From Lama glama (lineage: Eukaryota), in contig CM052832.1 of assembly GCA_028534125.1 (NCBI GenBank), positions 24,368,001 to 24,432,000 of the forward strand: a stretch of 64,000 bases of DNA, in the 5' to 3' direction. The translations under genes and the position numbers were made by a program. The notes under the pieces were generated by a model. That model saw only the letters and a program-made list of their open reading frames with translations, did no database searches and was not told the origin of the DNA. This document shows positions 25,201 through 39,088 of this stretch, in pieces (the stretch's first letter is position 1; every line of letters starts with the position of its first letter).

Positions 25201-26834
25201 TCTAAATATACAAGGAATCCTTTTTTTTTTTTAACGTTTTTTGGAGAAGCTCAGTGCTCATTACTTTGTTGTAAACTTACAAAAAGTTGTTGTTTGGGGT
25301 TAAACAGTTTTTACAAAAGTAGTTAGATTCAGTATCATACTGTTTTCACTCAGCTACTAGAGTGGATTTTGATTGAGAATTCCCACTTCAGGGAGGATCA
25401 TATTTGTGAAGTCACTAGAAATTGCTTATTTAACTGTTTCATGTCATGAAAATTCTTATCGGCCAAATCAGAAATCCGAAGAAATAACACATCCAGTGCT
25501 GGCAACATACTATGAATGTGTGGTATTTTCTTCTTAAGGGAATTTAAAAAGCCAAGACTGGATAACAGGAAAGGATTAATGTAACATTTTCAATTCTGAA
25601 AGGCTATTCTACTCTGGAAATACATTGTTACTATTTTTTCCCCATTTCTAAGAATTCTATTTGGGTAAAATATCAAAGGAGAAAAAATATCTTGGCTGAA
25701 ATAAAATGAAAAGACATCTTCAAAATTAATTTGGCATCCTCAGAAGTTCCTTTTCAAAGGGAGGAGTAGGATTTTTTTTAATATCACATGTTAAAAATGC
25801 CACTAAAAAGTCAATGTTTGCACTTGTTAGCAAGGAATTCAGAATGGGATTTGATGGAGATGAATGCACGAGGCATGTCACACATCTTTTTCAACAATAT
25901 TTTGACATCAGGGAAAGATTGTTTAATACTATATATTATTTTATAATGCATATTACATTTTCCTATTGATGTTCAGTAAGTTGGGAATAGAGAATTTCAA
26001 CTTGCAGTTTGCTAGTTTTTTTGCATGATATTCTTACCCAACTTCCAGTTTTCTTGCCTATAAAATTATGCCAAAAGTCAAGCCATCGTTAGATGACCAA
26101 ATTAAGAAACTGATCAGTCAGCAACATTGACTACTGACGAAATGTTTAAATACCACATCACTTCTCAGCGTTTCATGTAAGCTGATCTTCGTCTGTTTAG
26201 CACAGTGAGGAACCTTTGCTGAGTTTTCTTCTTTTTCTGTCCTGAGTGTCACATTCATGTCCAAGCCTGACCTTTTGGCTGTCTAGAAGATTTGTAGACA
26301 AACAGACCGTGACCTAGGTGGGTGAATGCAGACTCGCCGCGCTCTGTTGGTTATTCTCTGGGGCACGGTCCAGGGGGCTGCAGCCTTTCCCGGTGACTGC
26401 TGCAGCACGTTTACCAGGAGGCACTGACGGCCCAGTTGCTGTTTTGTGAGAGCCGGTACTCCAAAGCACCCTAAATCCCCAGAGAGGAAAACTCCAGCGC
26501 AGCTTCAGGGCCCCCCTGGTGTGGCAGGTGCTCGTGTTGAGCTGCCCTCTGCAGACCGCGTATACGGTCCACGTGGCGGTGCAGTGGCTGTGGCCTTCCT
26601 CGGGTTGTTCAGTGTTGTGTAGCGCAAGTGGATGTGTCTGTAAGCTGTAGTCACCTCTAGTAAGGAGTCTGCAAAGGAGAAGAACACTCTTGCTGAGACT
26701 TTCAGGATCTAAACCCAGAACAGGATACCCTGACGGCTCTTAAGTTTTAAAATGTAGCCCTGAGAGAGCCGATCAGTCACCATAGATTTTTTTTAATAGT
26801 ACATAATAAATTGTTACAATACTGTTGGGAAGCA

Positions 26835-27050
26835 ATAAAATGCAGTTTAAGAGCATGCGTTCTTGAGGCAAACTTCTGGATTAGAATACAAAGCATCCCC
26901 ATTGGCTGTGTAATGTTGAGCAAGTTACTTAACCTCTCTGGGTCTTGGTTTATCCATCCATGATGTAGGAAAATAGAGCAGCGTCTAGCAGAGTCGTGAG
27001 AACTAAATGAGTTGATGCACAGAAAGCTTCCGTAAAACGTCAGCTGTTAT
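26835..27050 (+). mobile_element. MIR SINE
   Basis: ggctgtgtaatgttgagcaagttacttaacctctctgggtcttggtttatccatc is the MIR core. Confidence 0.85.
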
Positions 27051-27069
27051 GAGCATGCCACTCTCATGG

Positions 27070-27680
27070 TATTCAGTGAGACGGTCCCTGAGTTTGTAAT
27101 AACATTCCTCCAGCCTTTGCTTTCCTTCAAACTGAGTTTATGAATTTATACTCAGGGAAGGGTGAGGAAATGCTGTGGGAACACGAAGGAGTGAGGGGTT
27201 GGGTCTAGTGAGGGAGCAATGAGGACACCGAAGAGGCTTTTTGAGCTAGACGTTGAAGCTTGGCTAGGATCCTGGCAGAGATGGGAGCAAGGTGTTCCGG
27301 ACAGGACGGCGAGTGACAGAGGTGAGGAGGGAGGGGGCCGTGTGTGCAGGAGGAACCTGGGGACGACAGCTGGAGGTCCAGTATGAGGTGTGTGAAGTGG
27401 AATGATGAGATTAGGAGGGAAGAGGTTGATTTAATCACGAGGGTGATGATGATGATTGTTAATGTGGATTACTAATTGAATAGCCACCTTACACCAGATT
27501 TCCGGGATCAGTGCTTTATGTAAATTAGCTTTGGTCGCAACTCCGTGCAATAGTCATCCCCATTTCACAGGTGAACAGTTGAATAAACCCCATGTGAAGG
27601 GTTGGAATTTTTTTCTTAAGTGGTGGAGAGCCATTGAAGGTTTTGGAATGAAAGAGGGTCACGATCAGACTTAGCAGAAA
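27070..27680 (-). mobile_element. L2 remnant with nested MIR (about 27450-27590)
   Basis: Purine-rich L2 antisense pattern ending gagagccattgaaggttttgga...atcagactt; MIR-like catccccatttcacaggtgaac inside. Confidence 0.55.
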
Positions 27681-28934
27681 TTTACTTATCTGCTACTAGA
27701 CTCTAAAAGTTCCGCAAATTAAAGACATGTCTTACACGCCCCTTGTTTCCCACAAGGAATGGCACTGTTGCTTCAGCATGGTGAACGCTCCACAAACACT
27801 GGTGGGATCTCTTTTCAAAAGCCTCCTCGGGAGGAGGGGGCTTCTTTGTGCCTGTACATGTTTCATCTCATTTGATCCTCATAAAAAATGTAAAGACACT
27901 GAGTATGACTTTTCCATTCAAACTGCATGTTACTATAATGGATGAGATAATTGGTGCTGATGAATATCACACAGCTTATAGGAAAAAATCTTGGATTCAG
28001 ACCCTGGAATCCCTGACCCCTTGCCTGTCCTCTGCGGTCACCCCTGACCTCTGTTGAACCACTTCTGATTTCCAGTCTCCACTAGGGTTGTTTCTTCCAC
28101 TGGTTTAAGGCCACTTGACTAGCACTCTGCTGCTTTCAGAGAAACTCAGGCCCTGGAAGGACCTGATATACTTTGTGGAGGTTGATGGGAAAGAAATTCT
28201 TTTCAGCTGTTCTCAGGACCAGCATCCTTCTCAACGACCCTGCTGGCAGGTGGCCATTTCTAGGAGCCTATCAAATTGGCCAGTTGTGTAAGAGCCTGGG
28301 GTCATGTGTTGGGTAGGCCTGTAGAGTGAACCTGCTCTTCATAGTAAAATAGAGTTTGGGAGTGAGTGCAAGAACTCCTGTTGCAAGAACCTGAGATCTT
28401 TTGCTTCTTCCATCTGATTGAAACCAAAGTTATTATACTAAAAAATGCTTAGCAACTGGCACAGAGCAGCGTGAGCTTCCAAATGCTGCCTGGAATTTGG
28501 AATGACATTGAGTGAAAGGGGAAGTTCAACTCCAACCATCCAAGGTCATGGCCAGTGACCCTACAAGCACATACTATGTAAATTCAACCCAAATTTATTA
28601 ACATGACAAATTTTGGAGCAGTCATCTGCTCTATGAAATTGATCTGCAGTAAGAGCTTCCAAACTACCAGTTTAGTGCATTTAAATCAGGCCTTGTAGGT
28701 ATTTGGCACCTGGGCTGGCGCCGGCGTTCAGAGGCTTAGCTCACCTGCAGCTGTGGACATGGTGGCCTCTGTTCCTTGGTGAGCATCCACCTTGGTCTCA
28801 CGCCTTCCCTCACCTGCACGACCGTCACCCACGTGGGAGAGTCAGAGCCAGCAGCACTCTGTTTTTAGGAACCCCGCCATCAATCCAGCACCCCACTCTG
28901 AAAGTGCCCTAAATTTGATTTTTAAATGTCTATG

Positions 28935-29235
28935 TTTTTTAATTGCAGTGAGTATATGTAACGTAAAATTTGCCATGTTAGCCAATTTTCAGGGTACAAC
29001 AGTTCAGTGGCATTAGGTGCATTCACGGTACTGTGCAGCTGTCACCACTGTCCACTTGCAGAGCTCTTTCATCTTCCCAGACGGAAACTCTGTACCTATT
29101 AAACACTAACTCCCTGTTGCTCCCTCTCCCCCGTGCCTAGTAACCTCTACTCTGCTTTCTACTTGCTGAGTTTGCCTATTTTGGGTACCACTTATACCTG
29201 GAGTTATACGATATTTGTCCTTTTGTGGCTGGTTC
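28935..29235 (-). mobile_element. L1MB-type 3' end
   Basis: aaatttgccatgttagccaattttcagggtacaacagttcagtggcattaggtgcattcac...atttgtccttttgtggctgg. Confidence 0.8.
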
Positions 29236-32200
29236 TTAATTTAATTTTTAACACTGGTTCAGAGATACTTTTCTTGTGAAGATAAAAGTATTTTCAGTAC
29301 TTTATTGTAACAGTAATCATCAATAAGATACAATTGTCATTCTGATTTAAGAAACTGGGTCCGTAAGAATATGGGTAAACAGAAGCTATAGAAGAAATTT
29401 TTTTCTCATTCGTAACTGAAGAAAATAACATTTCTAAGACAAAAATCAGACTCCTGTCAGGTAGTTTCACGTTCCCTCTTTGGCATAGCTTCTTCCTCAC
29501 TTTGGGCTTAGCCCCTATTTGGCCTGAATTCTTTGCAGAATTTCTGCAGGCAGGCTTGCATTTCTGTAATGCCTACTGGGAAGAGTTCAGAATTTTTAGA
29601 TACCGTCTTTTGACTGACTTTTCTTCTTCTTTTGGTTGATTTTTAAATTAGTCCGATCTACCTGCCTCTGTCCGACAACCGGCAGAAACATGTGATGGCT
29701 GCTTTGGAAAACGGGTGAATCCTAGCCCTCCACCCGTGGTGATATTACGCAAAGCAGAAGTAGTTCCTTTCGCATAGAGGCAGAAGCAGTGTCATTTTAC
29801 TGCGGCAGTGAAATTGTAGTAGAGGTGAACATAATTCTTCTTCTATTTACATCTCTAATGAGCCACAATTAAAAGTAGTGAGTTGGCGTGTCAGAGGGAT
29901 GGTGTTATTTGCAGATTTCTATTCTAGCCACGCTGCGGATCTAAGCGGCACTCTCCACTGGCAGCCTGGAGCTGCAGGAGCCTGAAGGAAGGAAGCCTGG
30001 AAGGGGCTAGTCTGCTTCCTGCAAGCTGATGGAACAGTAATGACTTTCTGCTGGGGGAAGGTCAGACTGGCCCCAAATCCCGGAAGCCTGTGATTCTCGA
30101 ATCTTCTTTCAGTGTACATCTTTTTGCTTCTGGAGCAAAGGCTCTGTGGATTGATTTAAAGTTGAGGTGCTCAGAGAATGTTTCTCTCTTCTCATTTTCT
30201 CCTGCCAAAATTCAGATGTACTGGAGGGCTCTCCCTGCACCGGGTTCCCGGCGTGGTTCCAGAGCGGTGTTGGTTGTAAATGGCACTTTCCCCAGCCTTG
30301 CCTGAGCACACACCTAAGCGTGCTGATTTCGGGGACCCTGTGCTGGACCACTTGGCACCGTCCCTGCCCACATTGTCCACATTTAATTGTAACCACTGAC
30401 TTTTGTTACACGGTGATGCTGATCTGAGATCCTCTGTCAGGGACCTTTAGATGGGTTTCCAGAGACTGCCTCACTGCCTAATAAATTACTGTGCACAACA
30501 GGTTTTCCTGACACCGTTGTAAAGCCACGTACTGGAATTCATTTAACAGCTCATTGAAAACATACTGTGTCAACATTTCTGCCATGGCCACCTGAACTCA
30601 GCAGAAATGTGGGTGAAAGCATTTATGAAACACTTGATGTCAAAGAGGACTGTCGTGAAATCTATGGCACTTGGCCATTTGCAGGCGTCCCCACCCTGTG
30701 ATGCACACACATGAATGGTTATGGACCAGGTGCGGTTGTCTCGAACCTGATGCCACTCCAGCTTCAAAGCCTCTCACCTGTACAGGCTCCTTCTAAGGCC
30801 AGGTATCTCATTTTATGCAGGTAATTTTGTGAACTCTTTTTAAAAGACCCTCCCCTGCCCCCATACTCACTCCTCCATCCCTTGCCTGACTTTCTAAGCT
30901 TCAGACGCCACAAACTTGATCTGCCTCTGATTAGGAGGATGTATAAATGTGCCTGTGCATTTAATTAAATATATTCATTTCTCCTTTACACCAGTATATG
31001 AAATTCCCGCAAATCTGCCAGTCCACAAAATAGGAGAATTAAGGGGCTGTTCAGACCCTTGACTATCTTTGGTTGTTTCCAAAGAAATTTTATCTTGGAC
31101 ATTTAGCAAATAATAACATGTTCAACCGACAGTGACTGTGTCCTAAATTTCCCAAACTGATGACTAACAATTATGATTCACATGCTTTTGGGAATCCCCC
31201 TCCCCCAGCTTGCCATTTGCCTAGAGTGGCACTTGCCTGGACAGTATATCTTGAGTTTCTTAGGAGTTTAGTAAGATTGAGCTGTGTAGCTTCTTCTCTT
31301 GTCCCCATGCCACCTAAAGAGAAATTGAGTGGCTATTTGGTGAAACTTTTTTTCCCCTTAACTTGTCACGGTTACTTGAAGGTAAATAATTCTCCCTGCT
31401 AAGCAGTCACTTGGTCCAGATAACTTGGACTTGAGAAGCAGCTGTGGATTTCTGGTGTGCTAGATTAGTTTCTTTCTTCCTTTTCCAGAGAGTGTTTTTA
31501 TTGTTCCCAGTCTGTTGTTAGGTGTAAAAGCTAATTTAGTGTAGTTCTTTTTAATGCACCTGGTATTCAAAGTATGACATTTCCTGCTGATGGCCTGGAA
31601 GGAAAGGACCCTAGGAAAATATAAGCCCTTGTCTAAAAAAAAAAAAGTATTTATCTCTAAAAAAGCTTTTAAATTAATTTGTGATATGATTTAGCAGCCA
31701 TTTACCTTTCTTATTAGTCAGAAATCTCAGGGAGATGTGATTAAGGGTGACTGACAGCTGGTGTGGGTGGGAGGTCCCCATGTGAGATGCAGAGCAGAGT
31801 GACCACAGAGTAGAAACAGCCAAATGTATTTTGTCCTCCTAAAACAAGGAGGCCTGTCGCAGTGGCCTGCTTGACAACACAGCTTACCTTGATGAGTTAC
31901 CAGCCGCAGCGAAGGGCTGGAAGGAGGGAGAAGCCAGCAGCCAGGATGCTTGGGAGTTGGAAACTGGATTGCTTTGGGAGGAGGCAGGTCGTCACACAAT
32001 CTAGGTCTCGGTTCCTGCCTATGCCACGACTTTTGTGACCTTTGGAAAATTACTGACCTCTCCAGAATTTTCCTTCTCTATTAGAGGAGGGCAGTAATAG
32101 CCTGGATAATCCTCGAAGGCTCCCTCTGCCTGGGACATTCTGTCACTGAAGGTTAAGAGACATCAGACTTAAAGGGGAAACGAACACAGTACGAACAGAA

Positions 32201-32919
32201 GTGGAACAGGTGGAAGGGAGGCAGGCGTGTAGACGGTGGTCTAGAACACAAGTGAGAAATCCCCACAGTGTAAATTCAGGTGGATGTCTCTCCCCACGAG
32301 CAGGTGACTTTTAGTGGGAGAACTGAGCACTGCCGGAGGGTAGGGTTGAGCCCTGGGGTAACTAACTTGCACCTGCAAAATACCTTGCAAGGAACTGTAT
32401 TTTCCTTGCACGGCTGTGCTCCTTGCCCTTCCCCCAGCACAGAAGGTTTAGCTGCGTCTTTGTGCTCAGTGCTGAGCTGGCTTCCTGGCCACCTTCTCAC
32501 CTTTTCTTCAGTCGTATCTTCAAGATGCTTCTGGAGATGTTCATGACCCGCCGTAGATTCTCTTTCTTGTTCTGAAGCCTCTCACAATTCATTTCTCTGC
32601 AGATTCAGACGTATTTATTCATCTTACCATACCACTGTCCTACTTAAAGAATCAGATACAGTTGTATTTGTTCTTGGCTAAACTCACACATATGAATGAG
32701 CTTTTGTCATCAGCAGTGTATGTTGAGTCTGAAAAGCCCAAGTTTTTGTCAAGTTGCCACTTAGTTGTTTAGTTAACACTTAACTGCGCTTCTGTCACGT
32801 CCTCAGTTTCTGGGTGAGTGTGTAAGAATAGCTCTTCTCAAGAGTTTAGTAATCAGGTGGTGAAGACCAGTGCAAATGTTAGCACGAGTAACAGAGTAAC
32901 AGTAATGAGAGTCATGCTG

Positions 32920-33130
32920 TTGAAAGCAGTAGATGTGTTCTGAGTGCTTACTGTGTACCCAGGTACTCTTGCAAGCACTAAGTTTGTGTGTCCACACACA
33001 TACACACATTAAAAATAAAGGTTTTATTCTCACAACAGCTCTCTGATACAGGGATTATTTTTATCTGCCTTCTACAGATGAGGCAACTGAGGCCCAGAAA
33101 GACGTAACTTGCCCAAAGTTACACATTAGG
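32920..33130 (-). mobile_element. MIR SINE
   Basis: ctacagatgaggcaactgaggcccagaaagacgtaacttgcccaaagttacaca. Confidence 0.85.
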
Positions 33131-35029
33131 CCTGTTGGATTCATGTTTTCACTAGAGACATCTGTGTTATTGGGAGCTCAGAGCTAAGTCTTTTGCTTGC
33201 GTGGGTATCAGAACTAGGCAGGATTGGCCTAGATGAAATTAAGGGAGAACGTGGTTGAAACTGTTTTTCATAGGAAGAAAGAGTCATGATGGTGCGAAGT
33301 GGAGGACAAAGAGGCTGGAGTTGATTGCTTGTGAGGACTGAACATACAGAAGCTGGACAACAAGTAGGTTTGTTCACTTGGAGTGCAGAACATCCCTTCC
33401 TACGATGACAAGCAGGCAGTCAGAATCCGATAAGAGAGGAGTGGCTTTGTTAGCTGTAGTGTAGGCACTGCTCGAATTAGCAGCAGGTCAACACCTTATA
33501 AAATCTCTCAAGGTGTAAAGACATGTTTCCAACAGAAATGTGTTAGTCTGCAGAGCAAAAAAGTGCAAGCATTAGTGTCCTGCCCTTAGGAGATTTCTCC
33601 CTGAGTTCGCTCCACCAGATGACATGAGCTTCACACCCTGGCTTTGAGCTGTCACCGTCCTTGCTTCAGTTTCCATTAATTAGCCCTGAGCCTTGGTCTG
33701 TAATCACTGGAGGCTGTTCAGGACACACGTGCTCCAACCCCCCTGGACAGCGGGGGAATATCTGCCTTTTCTGACGAGTCTAACATGTCCCGGCAGCCAC
33801 GTTACACACGCCAGTGATGCCAGTGCCTCTTGGGAAGAGACACAGAACACAGTGGCAGCCCCTGGAGTCTCCAGATGGTAAGCACTGAGCAAGAGATTTA
33901 AACTTGGACAAGACCTGGAAGCAAACTGGGGTGACCTGGATTTGTGGGTGCTTGAGGGGGAAAAACATTAAAGTGAGGAATTGTATGTATAGTAGGTCAT
34001 GTCTGTTTCCAAGATTTTTCTCTCCAAAACTGGAAAAAGAAAGAAAAAAGCACTGGGAGGGATTTCCTCAGGCTTGTCAATGGCGGGTTTGTTTGTCTAA
34101 TTAATTAATTAACTAATTAGTTTGTTTATAATCCTCCTTGTTTGAAAAAGATTTATGGCAGTGCCTTAAATCTTTCAAACAAGGAAATCTTATGAAGTAG
34201 CCAAGTTAGCAGGGCTACTTGTATTTCTTTTAAATGTTTCTTTATAGCCAAATGACTATATATCAGTACAAGGTGACAAAAATGAGAACTTAACGTATTG
34301 ACTGTTTTCATCAATCTTCCACTTTAAAGAAAATATGTGCTTTTCCTTTAAACTTCAGATGGTCTAGCAATTTCACATGTTCTAGTTTCTGTAGAGGTTG
34401 GTATTTGTGAAACTCTAGTGCTGACATGGTAACTCTTGGTTTTTGTTTTTCTTCACGCCCATCCTGCCTTTTGGAGCGCTGTGAATGCAGCACTGGGGCC
34501 ACCACCTCTGACTGTGGGACCCTTACTGCCTCCTTAAGCCCCCATTTGCAGGCTTCATTATCTGGTCTTGCTCTGCTTTGTTGCTCGGCTCCCTGGAAGC
34601 TTAAGTGGTTCTGGGTCATTGACAGAAATCTTGCCTGTAGGAATTCAGATCGGAGCTGTGGAGAGCAAAAACTCAGTGTCTTCCTTCTGCCCTCCAAGCT
34701 CATGGAGATCATAGTGTAACTAGCATTTACCTTCTACCTTAATTTATCAGGCTGTCGTGCATGTCGCCAAGTCACATCCTCTTAATGGCTCTGTGTGTGT
34801 GTGTGGCTGTGTGATGGTGTGACAGGGGAGCCAGTTTTGCAGGCCACCCTTAGGGGGTGACGAGCCTGACTCAGTCCCTCTCCCGCTGCCTCAGGAGGGA
34901 TGCCTCCAGCCTGTGAGACACAGGCCAGGGGCTGGGGGTTATGTGAGGAGGCAGAGAGGGAAGAAGAGTGGATAAAGGAAATGCACTTCAGAGAATGGAG
35001 GAGGCTAACCCTGGCCCAGGCACCCCACG

Positions 35030-35195
35030 CGGAGCATTACCTGTAACCTCCTATAACCACCCCAGGAGATGAGCATTATTGCCTTTGTTTTGCAGATGAT
35101 ACAGGACAAAGGTTAAGTAATAAGATTAATAGCTACCATGTAATATATAGAACAAGGACTGGAAGCCAGCTCTGCTGTAAACTCACACTCTACTT
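35030..35195 (-). mobile_element. MIR SINE, degraded
   Basis: cctctataaccaccccaggagatgagcattattgcctttgttttgcagatga...aggttaagtaa. Confidence 0.6.
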
Positions 35196-35774
35196 TCAAG
35201 TGTTAGAGCTTTTCTCTTCCTCTTTCCTTTTGATGTCAAGTTTTGATTATTTCATGGAGAATTGAAAAATTCCTCTGAGGACGTGTGTGGGAGACAAGTA
35301 AAGGTATCAAAGAAAACTGTTACTGATTGGCCATTCTGTTGAAGTTTTGTGCTAAGATAAGAGTTTTACAGTCACCTTGGGATTTCAGGACTCTGATTTT
35401 AATAACTGAGAACTAAGGCAGGGAGTGTCCTGTAGAAACATGGAGCCTGAAACCAAGGATCTGACTGTAGCGTGGTGAGGAGGGAATCCAGTTGACTTCA
35501 GAGGTTGATACGATGTTCAGTGTGACCTCCAGGATAGATGTGGGACAGATGATGTAGCTTTGGAGGGATCCGGGATTTCAACCTGTGACATCTGTGTGAT
35601 TTGAGTGCTCAGCGCCACCTCACGACCCAACCAGAGTGTGGTGCCAACATCCATGGATCTTGAGGTTCACACACAGGGGTGATGAGGGGTGCCCATCTTT
35701 CTAGACCCATTTCTGACTACAAGGGCACTGTCTACCATCTGAAGCATCATGGTTATGGTATCTCCAGAGCTTGG

Positions 35775-36000
35775 ACCATTTGATATTCATGGCAGTGGGA
35801 AGAAGCATGGCTAGAGGTCCAAGAGAGAGACAAGAATTCAAATCTAGCCTACACTTGTTAATAAGTATGAGATCCTGGGCAGGTGACGTCATTCTCTGAG
35901 TAGTAAGGTGGAGATAATGATGTGCCTTGACAGACCTGCTGCACGTAAGGCACTCAGCACAGTGCCCGGCACATCAGAGGACCTCAGTATTACTATCATC
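35775..36000 (+). mobile_element. MIR SINE, degraded
   Basis: ttcaaatctagcctacact...cctgggcaggtgacg...gcactcagcacagtgcccggcacatcagaggacctcag. Confidence 0.7.
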
Positions 36001-37945
36001 TGAGAGTTATTGATATCGAAGAGCAACTAAGAGCACAGGTGGTCTTTTTTATTGTGATCATAAAAGCTGTGGTATACCAATGAAAGGGTCCCTCATAACT
36101 CAGCGAGAGAAACCCTTGACATTTCTGCTGCAGCAAAAATGCAAATTACTGCTGGGTGCATGGCTGGCGGACGTATAAGCCATTTGCATAATGAGACCTC
36201 TCATATTATTTCTATTAATAGTCACCCTTCTAAGTATCAGTCTGACCATTTTGTATTTCGAATCATTCTATGAACAGATCCCTTTTATTGCCATGTCTTC
36301 TTCATATCTTCTGACAAGTACCGCTAGCTCCTTACTTCTCATTTCTAGTGTTTCTGATTTCAGGAACTCTTCAAATGTTCGTTTACTACCTAGGCAGCTT
36401 TTTTTTTTTTTTTTTTACCTTAAGCAGCTCATTTTTAATAATGCATTACTTTAATGTCAGAGTTTTAGGGGTATGATCATTGCTTATTTTCTCAGGTGCA
36501 GGTTCCAGATGCACGTCTAATACCCTGGTAATCGTAGTGCTTGGAGAACTAGGTTCTCTGTACCTGTGTGCATTGTCGTGATTGCTTTTATCAACTTTTG
36601 TCTAACGAATGCCCTGGGGATCAGCCTACTCAGTAGTTCAGCGTACGTTTGTGGATACCTTTTGCCCACGCTGTCATCCACTCACTTAGGCCCTTGGGTT
36701 TCTTTATCTGTACGTGAGGTACGCTGCTGAGTGATGAGACTGAGTCTGTAAATTGGCCTCAACAACATTAGCCTAAAGAAGATCTCTTGTTTGCTTCTGA
36801 CCCCCAGCAAGAGAATCACAAAATACAGAGGTGCTTACATGCTTATTGAATGAATTAATGAATGTTAGAGAGAGCTGCAGAAATGCCCATGGTTGGAAGG
36901 AAGTTTCCCCTGTAGGAGGACCGCTAAGATCCAGTCCAGCAGGGACATGGCTCACAGGACAGGAGAAACATGGCAGGCACCCTCTCAGGGAGTTCTCACC
37001 CTCACCTTGATCATATCTAATAAAGGGTTAGGATTTTTTTAAATTGCCTTTTCCACTAGGGTGTTATAAAGGCTCTCAGCAGACAACATTGACAAACATT
37101 TTTCTTAATACCAGATTTTTAAAGAAAATCTTACTGCTTTTCTGTTTGTGTTTGAAGTATGGTTATATTGATTAGTACTCCTTTTATTACCAGGAAGGGA
37201 AACTCACCAGAGGCAGCTCAAAGAAAGGGGGATTTTGATAAGGACAAGAGGGTGTTTCACAGATTTTAAAGAAGGATGGGGCAGCTGGGCCTTAGGTGCT
37301 GGAAGACAAAACAAAACAAACAAACCGAAAACCCAAATTGACAATCCATGGCATATCTGGAGTTTGAGTCACGTAGTATGAACAGCACTGCTCCCACCTG
37401 TGTGGATCGGCAATTTCCAGAAAAACGGATGCTGAACAGACAGTCTAGTGCATGTCTCTACTGAGGCTGTACCAAGGGTGTGTGATTGTGTCTTTATCTT
37501 TCCTTATACTGCTGTTGAAGATTTTGTGATCATTAGTGCTAATATTGCTGGAGGAAAAAAATTAATTAAGATCTCTGTTGTTTTAGTGTGGTCATTTCTG
37601 GTTGCAGGGCTCCTTAACATCTTTGCTCAGAATGATCAGTTCTTCCCTGGTTGGAATGTGTGGCTCCCTGTGTGTGGAGCCCTGCTTCCACCTGTTCTTG
37701 TTTCTTCTTCCCCTCTCTTTGGCCTGTTCCCACAAGTTGGTCCAGCGGAGTCGAGTCACAGTGTCTGTCCTTTTAGTGGTAGGAGATTTGCTGGGAGAGG
37801 GTCTTGTACTTGGAGTGATGTGTTGGGTGATGCTGATGAAATGATTCAAGAAGCAGATGGAAGGTGATTGAGGAGCCTCTTGTAATGGCTGGATGTAGTA
37901 AAGGAAAAGCAGACACACCTCCTCGGCAGTTCTATCATCTCCTAG

Positions 37946-38479
37946 TGTTGCGGCAAAGTGTGTTACGGCTCAGTGTTATAGCCCAGTTGTGACAGCAACC
38001 TCGATCTGGGTGAGAGACCAAGCAGCAGTCAGAGGGTTGGAGAGCTCAGGTTCATTATGCCAGTGGGCCCAGAGGAGTTAACACTGCAAGCTCTGGACCC
38101 CATCTGTAGGTTTATACAGGCTTTTATAGGCTACCAGTGTAGACTTTGCAACATTTTGTAACATCATATGCAAATAAGGTATAACACAGGTGACTAATTA
38201 GGAGCAAGCTTTATAGAAGTGGACCAATCAGGAGTGAGGGAAATGGACCAATCAGGAGTGAGCTCTGTGTAAATGAAGCACTACAAATGGACCAATCAGG
38301 AGTTAGCTCAGGGAACCAATAGAATCTTAGGGGTAAGTTCTGCTTCTCTAGAAGAAAGCTGTTTCAGAGTTTAAAAAGAGAAATAATGCTGCAGGGCCAG
38401 GGAGCCGAATGGTGCTGGCAGGAGGGTAGTGGCCCTGCCTGGGGGTCCTGCTGTTTTCTTCATGGGGCTTCCCACCTCA
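37946..38479 (-). mobile_element. Solo ERV LTR, probably ERV1 class and lineage-specific
   Basis: TG...CA termini; near-TSD ctag/ctaa; on the minus strand a CCAAT-repeat U3, TATA (ctataaaag, about 38121-38129) and a degenerate poly(A) signal aatgaa (38051-38056). Confidence 0.8.
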
Positions 38480-38707
38480 CTAAAAGTCAGCAACCTGCTC
38501 ACTGCATGATATCATACAGTTCTAGGTCACCTGGTCCTTGGAGCTCGTGTGATCTAAACCTCTATCTTAAAAGGAGGAACGAGACCTAAAGAAGGAAAAA
38601 CTGACCTAAGAGTTCAGAAGGGACCCTGAAGTGGGTGGAGGGGCCCCTGATTCCCAGTCTAGCACGCACTTTCTGCTACTTTATGTTGTCTTTCCGTCCT
38701 TAGCAGG

Positions 38708-39088
38708 GATCCTCGTCTGTCAGGGCTGCTGCAGCTGAGCACCACAGACTGGGTGGCCTCAGCTACAGACATTTGTTTTCTCATGGTTCTAGAGGCTGGA
38801 AGTTTGGGATCAGGTTTCAGCGGGGTTATTTTTTCTGAGGCCTCTCTCCTTGGCTCCTCCGTGTCTTCACATGGTTTTCTCTCTGTGTCTGTGTGTCCTG
38901 ATCTCCTCTTATAAGGACCCCACCCATATGGCCTCATTTTACCTTAATTACCTTTCTAAAGGCCTGCCTCCGAATACAGCCACATTCTGAGGAACTGGGA
39001 GTTAGAACTTCAACACCAGTTTGGCGGTGGGAGGTTGAAGGGGTGGAGGGTCGGGGTCTGTATGGATGACACGACTTAGCCCATAACT
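38708..39088 (-). mobile_element. MLT1A-type MaLR LTR
   Basis: accacagactgggtggcctcagctacagacatttgttttctcatggttctagaggctggaagt...cacattctgaggaactgggagttagaacttcaaca...agcccataac. Confidence 0.85.

Noticed and set aside
37448..37918. Overlapping ORFs that might be a processed pseudogene
   Set aside because: No recognisable protein, poly(A) tail or TSD
38220..38303. Three spaced 16-bp direct repeats, superficially CRISPR-like
   Set aside because: Too short, irregular spacers, no cas genes, eukaryotic context; they are LTR U3 repeats
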